Of a DNA stretch of 64,000 bases, positions 48,479-56,996 are shown piece after piece; position 1 is the first letter of the stretch, and each line of letters begins with the position of its first letter. The stretch spans positions 11,053-75,052 of the forward strand of contig JAERTI010000036.1 in assembly GCA_016844925.1 (NCBI GenBank), written 5' to 3'. The translations under genes and the position numbers were made by a program. Under the pieces are notes generated by a model, which worked only from the letters and a program-made list of their open reading frames with translations, ran no database searches and was not told where the DNA came from. The stretch comes from Candidatus Uhrbacteria bacterium. Lineage in GTDB: Bacteria > Patescibacteriota > Patescibacteriia > UBA9934 > GWF2-40-263.

Positions 48479-49879
48479 CTAGGGCCGATCGATCTGGGAG
48501 GCGAGCTCCTTGACCGCGGCCACGATAGGCTCCGTTCGGGGGTTGCCCGAGAGCTCTCGGTTGAAGCGCACGCGCTTGCGCGGCTTGTTGCGCTCGAGTA
48601 CACGCCCCATGGTCAGGAACTGCCAGGCGCGATCGCGATCCCTCTCGCTGATCCGCAGTCGCCTGAAGTGCGGCTGACACAGACGCTTGAAGTCCGCATC
48701 GCTGACCCACGAACCTGTGAACGTGTTCGAGACGCTCTGCTCGGGCTGCAGCACACCGAACACCAGCCATACCTGCACCGCCGCCAAGTTGACCCTACCG
48801 GTCACGTAGGCGCCGATCTTCAGCTGACGGTGATCGAACGGTGGCAACACCGGCGGCGTAGCCTTGGCCTTGCGGGCCGGCGGCGGCTTGGGTGCTGGCG
48901 GCGGATCCGGTTCCGGCTCCTCCTCGTCCATCTGGCTCATCTGCTGCTCGAGGCGTGCGAACTCGATGAACTCACGATCCTCTCGATGACGATGATTGGC
49001 ATCGATCAGGTCACTGCTAAACGAGACCACACAGTCCTTCAGATCTTGCCCCTTCTCCCGCATGGAGTAGATCGCCAGCAGGTCGCCGAGCGCCTTGAGC
49101 GAGAGCGAGGGAAGCAGTCGGTGGTGCTGAATGAGCCCCTGAGCACTGTCGCTATCGAGCTCACCATCGAGCATGACGAGCACGTCGTCCAGCCGGTGGG
49201 CGAAGTGATCCATCAACTTCACGGTGGTCTCAACCGTGAGCGTGCGGCGCACCGACAGGGCACTGATGGCCAGCAGCTTGCACATGGGCAACGGCTGTGT
49301 CAGCCGGCTCATGAGTGCCACAAGGCGCTCGACGACTCCACGCGTCAGCCCCTCAGTGAGCACCGCTCCCATGGGCGCGTCTTCGCGATCGATCACCAGC
49401 GGCTCACAGCGCATGTGCGTGCCGATGAGCCAGAACAGCTCGGCGGGACGCTCCCAGTAGGCACGCTGCTGCGGCACCTTCTCCTTGGACCGACTCGAGA
49501 CACCCGGCGTGAGTGCATCGTAGATGGCCTTAAGGCTGGGCACCACATCCTCAGCACTGGCGAAACGAACACCGTAGTGCCAGGCCATGCCCAGCAGGTG
49601 AATGTGTCGCGGTGCGCGCTTGCGCGTACGCCCCTGGTTGATGGCGTCCACGCACTGCGCGAACGCTGCTTCCCTGGAGAGCGTACTGTCCTGAGACATC
49701 TTCACGGACGTCAGCGCGTGCAGCGCCGCGTTCGTGGCCACCACGAGCTCCGGGATGATCCCGAAGTCGACATAGACGGCCGGCACCTGAGAAGATCGCA
49801 GATCCGCGAGCTCTCTGGTGGCCTGGGGAGCCTTCAAGCTCCCGAGCTCCATGAGCCCTGAATGGATCATCTCCATGAG
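48479..49879 (-). CDS. GC-rich hypothetical protein (~466 aa) with Pro-rich acidic segment
   Basis: TTGACA-N17-TAGTCT plus CAGGAGG-N7-ATG (MEMIHSGL..); terminator GCCGCC..GGCGGC+TTTTTTCTTTCTT. The + strand 492-aa ORF 48383..49861 is rejected as antisense. Confidence 0.5.
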   Translation of the reverse strand, partial: LMEMIHSGLMELGSLKAPQATRELADLRSSQVPAVYVDFGIIPELVVATNAALHALTSVKMSQDSTLSREAAFAQCVDAINQGRTRKRAPRHIHLLGMAWHYGVRFASAEDVVPSLKAIYDALTPGVSSRSKEKVPQQRAYWERPAELFWLIGTHMRCEPLVIDREDAPMGAVLTEGLTRGVVERLVALMSRLTQPLPMCKLLAISALSVRRTLTVETTVKLMDHFAHRLDDVLVMLDGELDSDSAQGLIQHHRLLPSLSLKALGDLLAIYSMREKGQDLKDCVVSFSSDLIDANHRHREDREFIEFARLEQQMSQMDEEEPEPDPPPAPKPPPARKAKATPPVLPPFDHRQLKIGAYVTGRVNLAAVQVWLVFGVLQPEQSVSNTFTGSWVSDADFKRLCQPHFRRLRISERDRDRAWQFLTMGRVLERNKPRKRVRFNRELSGNPRTEPIVAAVKELASQIDRP

Positions 49880-49939
49880 ATTTCCTCCTGTCTGGGTCGA
49901 TAGGATATCTAAACCAGACGGTAGACTAGCCATTCATTG

Positions 49940-49977
49940 ACATTCTGTCAATCCATTGTTAACGTGCGTCCTCGCGG
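49940..49977. promoter_or_regulatory. Back-to-back divergent promoters whose -35 hexamers overlap in the palindrome TTGACATTCTGTCAA
   Basis: Read directly; serves 48479..49879 (-) and 49978..51025 (+). Confidence 0.5.
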
Positions 49978-51025
49978 ATTTTCCCGGGAGAAAGGGAGGA
50001 AAAACGTGGTAAACCGCTCCTACGCTTACCCAGCGCATGATGCACTGCGGCTCGCGTGGATGGCCTATCAACCGCGCGGACCCGTCCATGAGGACGACCG
50101 AATCCTGTACCTCGCCGGCGAAGAGAACCTGGAGCTTCCAGGTTACCGCCAGCTCGGCTACAGACCTGACCAGCTCCTTACCTGCGAACATGACCCTCGC
50201 CGCTTCCCTCACGTCCTGGCCAACGGCCAGGGAGTGAATGTGGCTCAGGGCAACATCGCCGATGCCATCGCTGCTCTCCAACAGTGGGAGTGGCCACGCT
50301 TGCGTGGCGCCTGGCTGGACTTCGACGGCAACTCCCATACCTACACCGACGAGCTCCTCAAGCTCGCGGCCGTGCTCCCATCACCCCGGGGTTCTACCCT
50401 GGGTGTGACGAGCTTCGCCGCGCGTGACAACGAGGCTCTAGTGCAGGGAACGGTGAACACCTGCAAGTTCCTTTCCGGACTCGAGAACCTCAGTCAATTC
50501 TTGCGCGAGTACGGAACACAGCTCAGGCAGTACGAACATCTACTGCGCTTCATTCGCCACGGCGAGTCGACCCCTACTTCGCACTTCCAACGCGAGATGG
50601 GGCTCCTCTGGTGGCTGGTGCTCATGTTCGGCTCGGTAGACCTCCCCAAGGGCGAGCGCTACTACCGCACCGACGGCGCTTTCTTGGATCGCTCTGCCAG
50701 CATCCTTGACGGACTCACCCGTAAGGTGGAAGGTGCTCTGAGCACCGGCTCACAGAGTCGCATGGTCTGGGAATTCGATCCCGCCCTGCGCGACCTGCTC
50801 GCTGGACGAAAGGTCAGCGTGTGGATCACGCACCTGGAGCGCTATGCGTTCTGGTCGCAGAACCGCCAGCCCATGCGAACCTGGTTCGTAAAGGTTCAGC
50901 CGGTCATCGAGGGCACCTTCGCGCCCACGATGCAGGAACTGTTGGTGCAAGTTTGGAAACTCGCGTGCCGAAGCCCGCTCATCTACATCGATGAGCAGGG
51001 TGGACGCGTGCAAATCGACCCCTAG
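49978..51025 (+). CDS. GC-rich hypothetical protein (~349 aa), GTG start
   Basis: GGGAGG-N6-GTG; ORF-track start 49937. No confident domain. Confidence 0.45.
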
Positions 51026-51040
51026 TGTAAGGAGGAAGCG

Positions 51041-51793
51041 ATGAAGGTCGCAGAGATCCTGGAGAAGGGAGCGGAGTTCCTGATGGGACTCGCTCAGCTG
51101 GCACGGATGGTGCCGGAGCTGGATGCGCGCGTGAAGGCGCTGGAAGAGCAGAGCTCGCCGCCCGAGCAGGACGGTGACAAGGAGCCCGAGCAGGGCGACG
51201 GTGGCAGCGCGGATCCCGAGCCCGAGCAGGGCGGAGACGGTGGTGGCGACGGTGCCACGGACCCGAAGGCCATCACGGCCGACCCGGACACCTGGCCGCT
51301 GCGCGAGCCGGATCTGTCCAGCCGGAAGATCCTCAAGCGCAAGAAGTACGACGTCGACGACGTCGACCGTGCCATCGTCGCGGCCGTGCTCGCCACGGAC
51401 CCCGACGACGCCACCTGGAACGAGGACCGCAAGAAGATCGCCAAGGTCCGCCGACTGATCCTCAAGCAGATCGACGGTCTGCACGCCGCGCACTCGCGTG
51501 CCAACGGCAACGGTGGTGGCGGTGGGGCCGACCCGGTCTACACCCACGTGCCGGCCACCTGGCCCACCCGGCCGCCCAAGCAGGTGCATCCCGACGGCTA
51601 CCCGCCACGCGGAGCCCAGAACTACGACAGCGATCAGACGGACCTGGCCATCGCCCTGGCCGTGCGCAAGCACGCCCCGAACGACTGGTCCACGCTCCGC
51701 TTCGAGATCGCCAAGGCCCGCCAGCTCACCACCCAGCAGGTGGCCGAGCTCGGAGCCCGCATCACCCGCCTGGGACTGCTAGACGCGGCCTAG
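51041..51793 (+). CDS. GC-rich hypothetical protein (250 aa; coiled-coil N-terminus, Gly/Asp/Pro low-complexity middle)
   Basis: TAAGGAGG-N6-ATG 16 nt after the upstream stop (same operon); terminator CGACCGCTACGACAGCGGTCG+TTTTCTTTTAC. Confidence 0.5.
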   Translation: MKVAEILEKGAEFLMGLAQLARMVPELDARVKALEEQSSPPEQDGDKEPEQGDGGSADPEPEQGGDGGGDGATDPKAITADPDTWPLREPDLSSRKILKRKKYDVDDVDRAIVAAVLATDPDDATWNEDRKKIAKVRRLILKQIDGLHAAHSRANGNGGGGGADPVYTHVPATWPTRPPKQVHPDGYPPRGAQNYDSDQTDLAIALAVRKHAPNDWSTLRFEIAKARQLTTQQVAELGARITRLGLLDAA

Positions 51794-51935
51794 ACGGCCA
51801 ACTTCCGACCGCTACGACAGCGGTCGTTTTCTTTTACTTCACAGGGGAAACCTCTTGACAAAGCGCTTTTTTCCGCCTAGGCTCCTCCTCTGGTAACCTT
51901 TCGTTACCGTTCATTCCCTTTCAGGAGGAGAACCC

Positions 51936-53852
51936 ATGTCAGGACGTAGATCCCGCCGCATCAGAGACGGCGGGGTCAGCGATGATCTGCGCCGCTCCCG
52001 AAACTTCCTTGCGCTACTGGGTCAGCTGGTAGACGCCGAGCAAGACGGAGATTTCGAAGACCATCTGTTCGACCCTGGTGCGTTCCAGCCGACCAAGGGA
52101 AGCCTCAGGACGGCCCTGGACCTCAAGCCACCGAGCGCAAGCCCGGCGAGCAACGAACCCAAGCCTGTTCAGGAAACCGAGCCTGCCGCCGAGCCGGAGC
52201 CGACTCCGGAACCCGAAGTCAAGCCCGAGCCCATCGAGGTTTCGCCGCCCGACCTTCCCGAGGAGCCTGCTCCTGAGGAACCTGCTGCCGAGCCGGAGCT
52301 GGAGATCGCTGCTGAACAGGAGCCCGAGCCGACTCCGGAACCCGAAGTCAAGCCCGAGCCGACCGATGCCAGCGAAGATCGCGCCGCGATCATCCAGCTG
52401 CATCCGCCGGCGCCTGCTCCTGAGCCGGAAGCGGCACACGAGCCGGACATCGAGCCCGAGGTGGAAGCCGAGGGACAGGACGCCGCAGACGAGATCACGC
52501 TCCTGGAGCTGATCGCCTACGCGAACGCCTTGCACACGAGCCATCCGCTCGCCGAGGGGCTGGAGAGCATCTCGCTCCGACGCATCCTCCGTGGTTTGGA
52601 CTCCGCCGGTGTCCTGGTGGAAGCCGTGGGCACTGGATCCCTCACGCAGGCCAAGAGTCTGTTGTCCGCGCGTCACCGCACGCTCAAGACACTGCTCGAT
52701 ACGGCACAACAGGAAGCAACGGCCGCTGGTGCACCCGGAGACCTTCCGGATGAAGACCAGGGTCTGATCCGTCGACTCAACTCGCTCGTTGCGGGCCAGG
52801 CGGAGCAGCTTGAAGATGTGCACTCGCAGATCTACATCTCCGTGACAGAAGCACAGGTCATCACCGATGCTGTCGTCGATCTGGGAAACCAGGTCACCCA
52901 GCACGAGGATGCCTTGCTGGCACAGGTGGCGGTGGTCAAGGGCCTGGAAGCCCACATCACTCGTTACCACCTCTTGCGCGCGCACTCGATCGAGCAGCGT
53001 GCTGCCAACGACAAGAAGCGAGATGGCTTCGTCACGCAGATGCGCACCATCACGGCACGCATCGACACCTTGCACGCGCAGATGCGCAGTGCCATCACGG
53101 CGGCCGAGAGCAAACTCTCGGAACGCCAGACACTGAACCTCACCACGCGCAAGCCGCGTGATCGCGCCAAGCGTGGCATCACGCAGCTGCGCGCGCAGGT
53201 CAGCGCTGTGGAACTGCTCGGCGCCCGCGTGCCGGACGACCTCCTCGAACAGATCGAGGGTCTGATCCAGCCGTTGGACCTCTCCTTGCGTCTGTGGAAG
53301 CGGAGCACGCCTCCGCTGGAGACCCCGGAACTCTCGATGGAAGTCGAGGAGGCACTGAAGGAACTCGAGGACATCAAGGGTCGAGTCATCGCCCTGTTGA
53401 GTGCCCCAGAGGGACCGTTCCTGGGTCGTGAGACCCGTGAGCTGGAGCTGCGCAAGCTGCTGCTGATCACCATGGAGCTGGTCATCCCTGAGGGGAACGA
53501 GACCACAGGGAGCAAGAAGTCTGTCCCTCACCGAGGCTACAAGACGGCCCACTACCTCAACGCCCTCCTGCACCTGGGCTACATCACCCAGGCTGAAGTG
53601 GACCTTGAGGAAGAAGAAAAGAACTTGATGAACTGGGCAAAGTTGGAGCGCAAGCGAAAGACAAACCCCAAGCTCAAGTACGCCAAGGGCCATGGTCGTA
53701 GGACCAGAGGCATGAACTGGCACTCGTTCAACCTGACCCAGCACGGACACGATCTGGCACAGGAGCACTTGAACGAGTTGCGGGACCGCGCTGCCTTCAC
53801 GGTAGCCATCAAGCGCGCCTTCAAGCACGTGCTTCCCAAGCACTGGCAGTAG
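51936..53852 (+). CDS. GC-rich hypothetical coiled-coil protein (638 aa) with Pro/Glu-rich N-terminal region containing a perfect 35-bp direct DNA repeat
   Basis: TTGACA-N17-TAGGCT; CAGGAGG-N7-ATG; terminator CCCCACCATCACGCGGTGGGG+ATTTTTTG. Confidence 0.55.
   Translation: MSGRRSRRIRDGGVSDDLRRSRNFLALLGQLVDAEQDGDFEDHLFDPGAFQPTKGSLRTALDLKPPSASPASNEPKPVQETEPAAEPEPTPEPEVKPEPIEVSPPDLPEEPAPEEPAAEPELEIAAEQEPEPTPEPEVKPEPTDASEDRAAIIQLHPPAPAPEPEAAHEPDIEPEVEAEGQDAADEITLLELIAYANALHTSHPLAEGLESISLRRILRGLDSAGVLVEAVGTGSLTQAKSLLSARHRTLKTLLDTAQQEATAAGAPGDLPDEDQGLIRRLNSLVAGQAEQLEDVHSQIYISVTEAQVITDAVVDLGNQVTQHEDALLAQVAVVKGLEAHITRYHLLRAHSIEQRAANDKKRDGFVTQMRTITARIDTLHAQMRSAITAAESKLSERQTLNLTTRKPRDRAKRGITQLRAQVSAVELLGARVPDDLLEQIEGLIQPLDLSLRLWKRSTPPLETPELSMEVEEALKELEDIKGRVIALLSAPEGPFLGRETRELELRKLLLITMELVIPEGNETTGSKKSVPHRGYKTAHYLNALLHLGYITQAEVDLEEEEKNLMNWAKLERKRKTNPKLKYAKGHGRRTRGMNWHSFNLTQHGHDLAQEHLNELRDRAAFTVAIKRAFKHVLPKHWQ
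52197..52360 (+). repeat. Two copies of an exact 35-bp direct repeat (GAGCCGACTCCGGAACCCGAAGTCAAGCCCGAGCC) at 52197-52231 and 52326-52360, encoding EPTPEPEVKPEP
   Basis: Read directly. Confidence 0.8.
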
Positions 53853-53927
53853 AAGGTACCCCCACCATCACGCGGTGGGGATTTTTTGTTGTAAGAAAAA
53901 ACCGACCGCGTAACGGTCGGGGACGTA

Positions 53928-55160
53928 CTAGTCGGTGACAACCAGTCGTGCGTAGAGGCGGAGCAGGGTCCGCAGCTCTTCGATCTGCTCTTCGATCTGG
54001 GTGATCTCGGGGAGACCCTCGGTGCTGAACGAACCGACGAGCTCGGTACGCTGCCCATCCAGATCCTTCAGGTCCTTTGCGACGCCGTCACGCGCAGCGG
54101 TCAGCTCCGCGATCTCACGGTCCAGCTCCTCTCGACGAGTCGTGAGGCTGGCGATCTGCTCGTCCAGCCCCTGCGTCGCCTCAGCGAGCTTCTCGCTGGC
54201 CACGCGCTCACGCTGAGCGAGCAGCTCGTCGATCTCGCCCTGGAGCTCCTCCGGCGTCTTCACGCGCGGAGACGCGGGCGGAGCGGGAACCGGGGGCTCC
54301 GGCTCCTCCTCGGGCTCGGACTCCTTCTGCACCAGCTCCTGCCAGCGCTGACACTCCTCCGGCGTGACGAGATCGCCCGCCAGGTTGAAGTACGGCCGGA
54401 GGACCACCACGTACATGGACGGGTCGGTCCGTGAGCGCAGCTTGCCACGCGTCACGTAGAGCAATCCGAGCCCCTTGAGGTCACGAATCATGCTCTGGGG
54501 CGACGTGATGTCCGCATCCTTGAGAACCTCCATGAGCTCCCCGAAGGTGAACTCGCGGTGACCCTCTCGAGCAGAAAACTCGCAAAGGGCCTCGACGGCT
54601 CTCTGTCGACGATCGGATCGAATCACGACCTGATCGGCGTCCGGAGGCATGATCCACGGCCCGTCGGGCAGAGGGCTCGGCCAGATCACTTCCGAAGGAC
54701 CGAGATCACCACGGAGCTTGCCGTCATGACCAGGCTTCTGACCCTTGAGATCCTCGGGCTCCCACCGCTCGTTGTCGTTGGCCTTGCAGATGAAGACCAC
54801 GCCGGAGGTGTAGGGCACCACCGGAACACTCACGCTGCCGACCTCTTCGACGGTCCCGATGGCGTCGCGCTGCTTCTTGAGCACGCCGAGCATGGTTGAG
54901 CCAGGAGTCTTGGCGTGCCAACCGACGATCTCATCGCGAACATCCTGGGGCACCGGACGCTTCCGGTTGTCCCAGAACCACCGCGTCAGATCCTTGACGA
55001 TGGCGTTCTCCACCTTGCCCAAGCGCACCTCGCGCAGGGGCTCCTCGCTCGCTCCAGCTCCGACTGCGCCTTGCATGGCGCTGGCATCGGAACGCGTTAC
55101 CGTTCGTCCTCCGCGCCCTGGACCTTGTCCAGTCGCCTGAGGGGCTGCCTCATTCGGCAT
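53928..55160 (-). CDS. GC-rich hypothetical protein (410 aa) with central winged-helix-like segment and C-terminal coiled coil
   Basis: TTGACA-N17-TAGGGT plus GAGAGGAGG-N6-ATG; terminator CCGACCGTTACGCGGTCGG+TTTTTTCTTAC on the minus strand. Confidence 0.5.
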   Translation of the reverse strand: MPNEAAPQATGQGPGRGGRTVTRSDASAMQGAVGAGASEEPLREVRLGKVENAIVKDLTRWFWDNRKRPVPQDVRDEIVGWHAKTPGSTMLGVLKKQRDAIGTVEEVGSVSVPVVPYTSGVVFICKANDNERWEPEDLKGQKPGHDGKLRGDLGPSEVIWPSPLPDGPWIMPPDADQVVIRSDRRQRAVEALCEFSAREGHREFTFGELMEVLKDADITSPQSMIRDLKGLGLLYVTRGKLRSRTDPSMYVVVLRPYFNLAGDLVTPEECQRWQELVQKESEPEEEPEPPVPAPPASPRVKTPEELQGEIDELLAQRERVASEKLAEATQGLDEQIASLTTRREELDREIAELTAARDGVAKDLKDLDGQRTELVGSFSTEGLPEITQIEEQIEELRTLLRLYARLVVTD

Positions 55161-55204
55161 TGGTACCTCCTCTCAGTGAAAAAACTGAGGGTTGACCCTA
55201 CGTC

Positions 55205-55262
55205 TGCAGCGCCTGGATGTCAAGGTTTTAGCCTTGACAGAGCCCAAACGCACTGTTAACTT
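55205..55262. promoter_or_regulatory. Divergent back-to-back promoters (..GATGTCAAGG TTTTAG CCTTGACAGAG..) forming an imperfect inverted repeat
   Basis: Read directly. Confidence 0.45.
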
Positions 55263-55331
55263 GTGCCTCTTCTGGGCGTTTTACAAAAAACCCCAGATTT
55301 AGGCTCTTTCCCCCCTACCGGAGGTAGCTCC

Positions 55332-56873
55332 ATGACAACGACACCCACCTGGAGTGTTCCCGAGTATGAATACCGGCGTGAGCTGCTGGGTAAGCAGTTC
55401 CACAGGCTCTTCAAGCAGTTCCTCGACGCCAACCGAGGTGACCCGTCACCCAAGACGGCGTTCAAGAGACTGAGCACTTCGGCGGTCGAGGCATTCGCCC
55501 GCGAGCCCACCGATCCGCTCCCTTTCGCCAAGTACTTCCCCAACATCGAGGAAGTCACGGGGATCGACATCGATCGGCTCATGGTCATCGATGCCAAGCT
55601 CAAGCTCATCAAGTTGTGGGAGGATCGATTCCTCCTGCGACGACGTGACGAGCCCCTGGCCTTCCTACTGGACCAGTGCGACGACTTGCCCGAGAGGTTC
55701 GAGTTCGATCGGTACCCAACTCGCGATGAGATTGTGCTGGAAATCCAGGCACTCAGCGACGAGATCGGCTCGCCGATGGTCGCCCAGCAGATGTTCGTGA
55801 ACCAAGGAACGGTCACCAAGTGGTGGGCCGCCAACAAGCCGGGTCGACCGGCAGGCGAAACCCTGATCAAGTGCATCGCCCTGCTGACGGTGGGACCCGT
55901 GCGCTTCCACGGTGGGATCAACTCCCGCGATGACGTCCGATTCCGACTGGTCGTTCGCAACCTTCTGGGCTGCGACCCCCACGAGGTCCTGGGCGTCCGC
56001 AACCTCCCCGAGGCCATCGCGGCACTGGAGCTCGGTGACATCGGCGACATGATCTCTGTGGTGGAGAACCGCACCGGACTTGGTGCTACCACCATCAAGA
56101 ACCTGCGCAAGTGGAGCGCCGAGACCTCCAGCGGCAAGATGCCCGCTCAGAGCATGATGAAGATCATCCGCTTGCTCCTGGCGCGCACCCACCCTGACAA
56201 GCTGACGGACTTCGACGCGGCCGGGAAGCTCTTCCTGGACGCGAAGAACCTCGGCTGGGGCGGCACACCGCTGTTCTGGCCCAAGGTAGTCCAGCAGCCG
56301 AAGCAGCCCGCACCGGAGCCTGAGCCCGTTGTGGCACAGGAGCCGGAGGAACCTGCACCGGAGCCGGCCATGGGACGCAACACCCCCAGTTCGCTCGAGC
56401 TCCTGGAGTTCAAGCGCGCAGTGGTGACGCTGGAACATCTGACCGAGCTCTTTCCTGGACTCCTCGACCAGCTCCCTGAGGCCCTCAAGCCCAAGGTGGC
56501 AGTCGATCCGGAACCGGAGCCCGAACCAGAGCCGGCCGTCGCCGCTCCAGAACCGCCCACCAATGGCGTCACGTCTGAGGTGGACCTGGAGAAGTTGGGG
56601 CCCAAGTGGTTCATCGCGCTGGTGGAGAGCGACAGGCGCCCCACGGCCGGAGAGCTCTCGCAGATCTCCGCGATCCTGCGTGCGTACCCCAAGCTGATCG
56701 GCCGCCTTCTGGGGCTGCCGGTCGAACAACGACGACGTTTCTTCCGAGGCGTTGATGGCTCCATGCTCGCAACCGCCGAGCGACTGCAGGCCGTCGACGC
56801 AACGGAACCCGAACGCTTCCTGAATTTCCTCGACCACGAACTCGAGGACCGGTTCAAGGCCGCAGGAGGCTGA
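55332..56873 (+). CDS. GC-rich hypothetical protein (~514 aa) with a Cro/C1-type helix-turn-helix segment (..SPMVAQQMFVNQGTVTKWWAANKPGRP..) and Pro/Glu-rich linkers
   Basis: TTGACA-N17-TAACTT; CCGGAGG-N8-ATG (MTTTPTW..). The ORF-track start at 55263 is upstream of the RBS. Confidence 0.5.
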   Translation: MTTTPTWSVPEYEYRRELLGKQFHRLFKQFLDANRGDPSPKTAFKRLSTSAVEAFAREPTDPLPFAKYFPNIEEVTGIDIDRLMVIDAKLKLIKLWEDRFLLRRRDEPLAFLLDQCDDLPERFEFDRYPTRDEIVLEIQALSDEIGSPMVAQQMFVNQGTVTKWWAANKPGRPAGETLIKCIALLTVGPVRFHGGINSRDDVRFRLVVRNLLGCDPHEVLGVRNLPEAIAALELGDIGDMISVVENRTGLGATTIKNLRKWSAETSSGKMPAQSMMKIIRLLLARTHPDKLTDFDAAGKLFLDAKNLGWGGTPLFWPKVVQQPKQPAPEPEPVVAQEPEEPAPEPAMGRNTPSSLELLEFKRAVVTLEHLTELFPGLLDQLPEALKPKVAVDPEPEPEPEPAVAAPEPPTNGVTSEVDLEKLGPKWFIALVESDRRPTAGELSQISAILRAYPKLIGRLLGLPVEQRRRFFRGVDGSMLATAERLQAVDATEPERFLNFLDHELEDRFKAAGG

Positions 56874-56996
56874 CACGCGGGTGAGGCACCCCTCGCCCCT
56901 TTTCTCAAGCAACTCATTCATCCTGAATGTGTTGCTGGAGCTAAAGACACGCTCCTTTCATTGTCATCTACCACTTCCCACACTGGAGAGAAGCCC

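Noticed and set aside
48383-49861. 492-aa plus-strand ORF opposite 48479..49879
   Set aside because: Arg/His/Leu-rich antisense-like composition. The minus-strand frame has TTGACA promoter, RBS and terminator.
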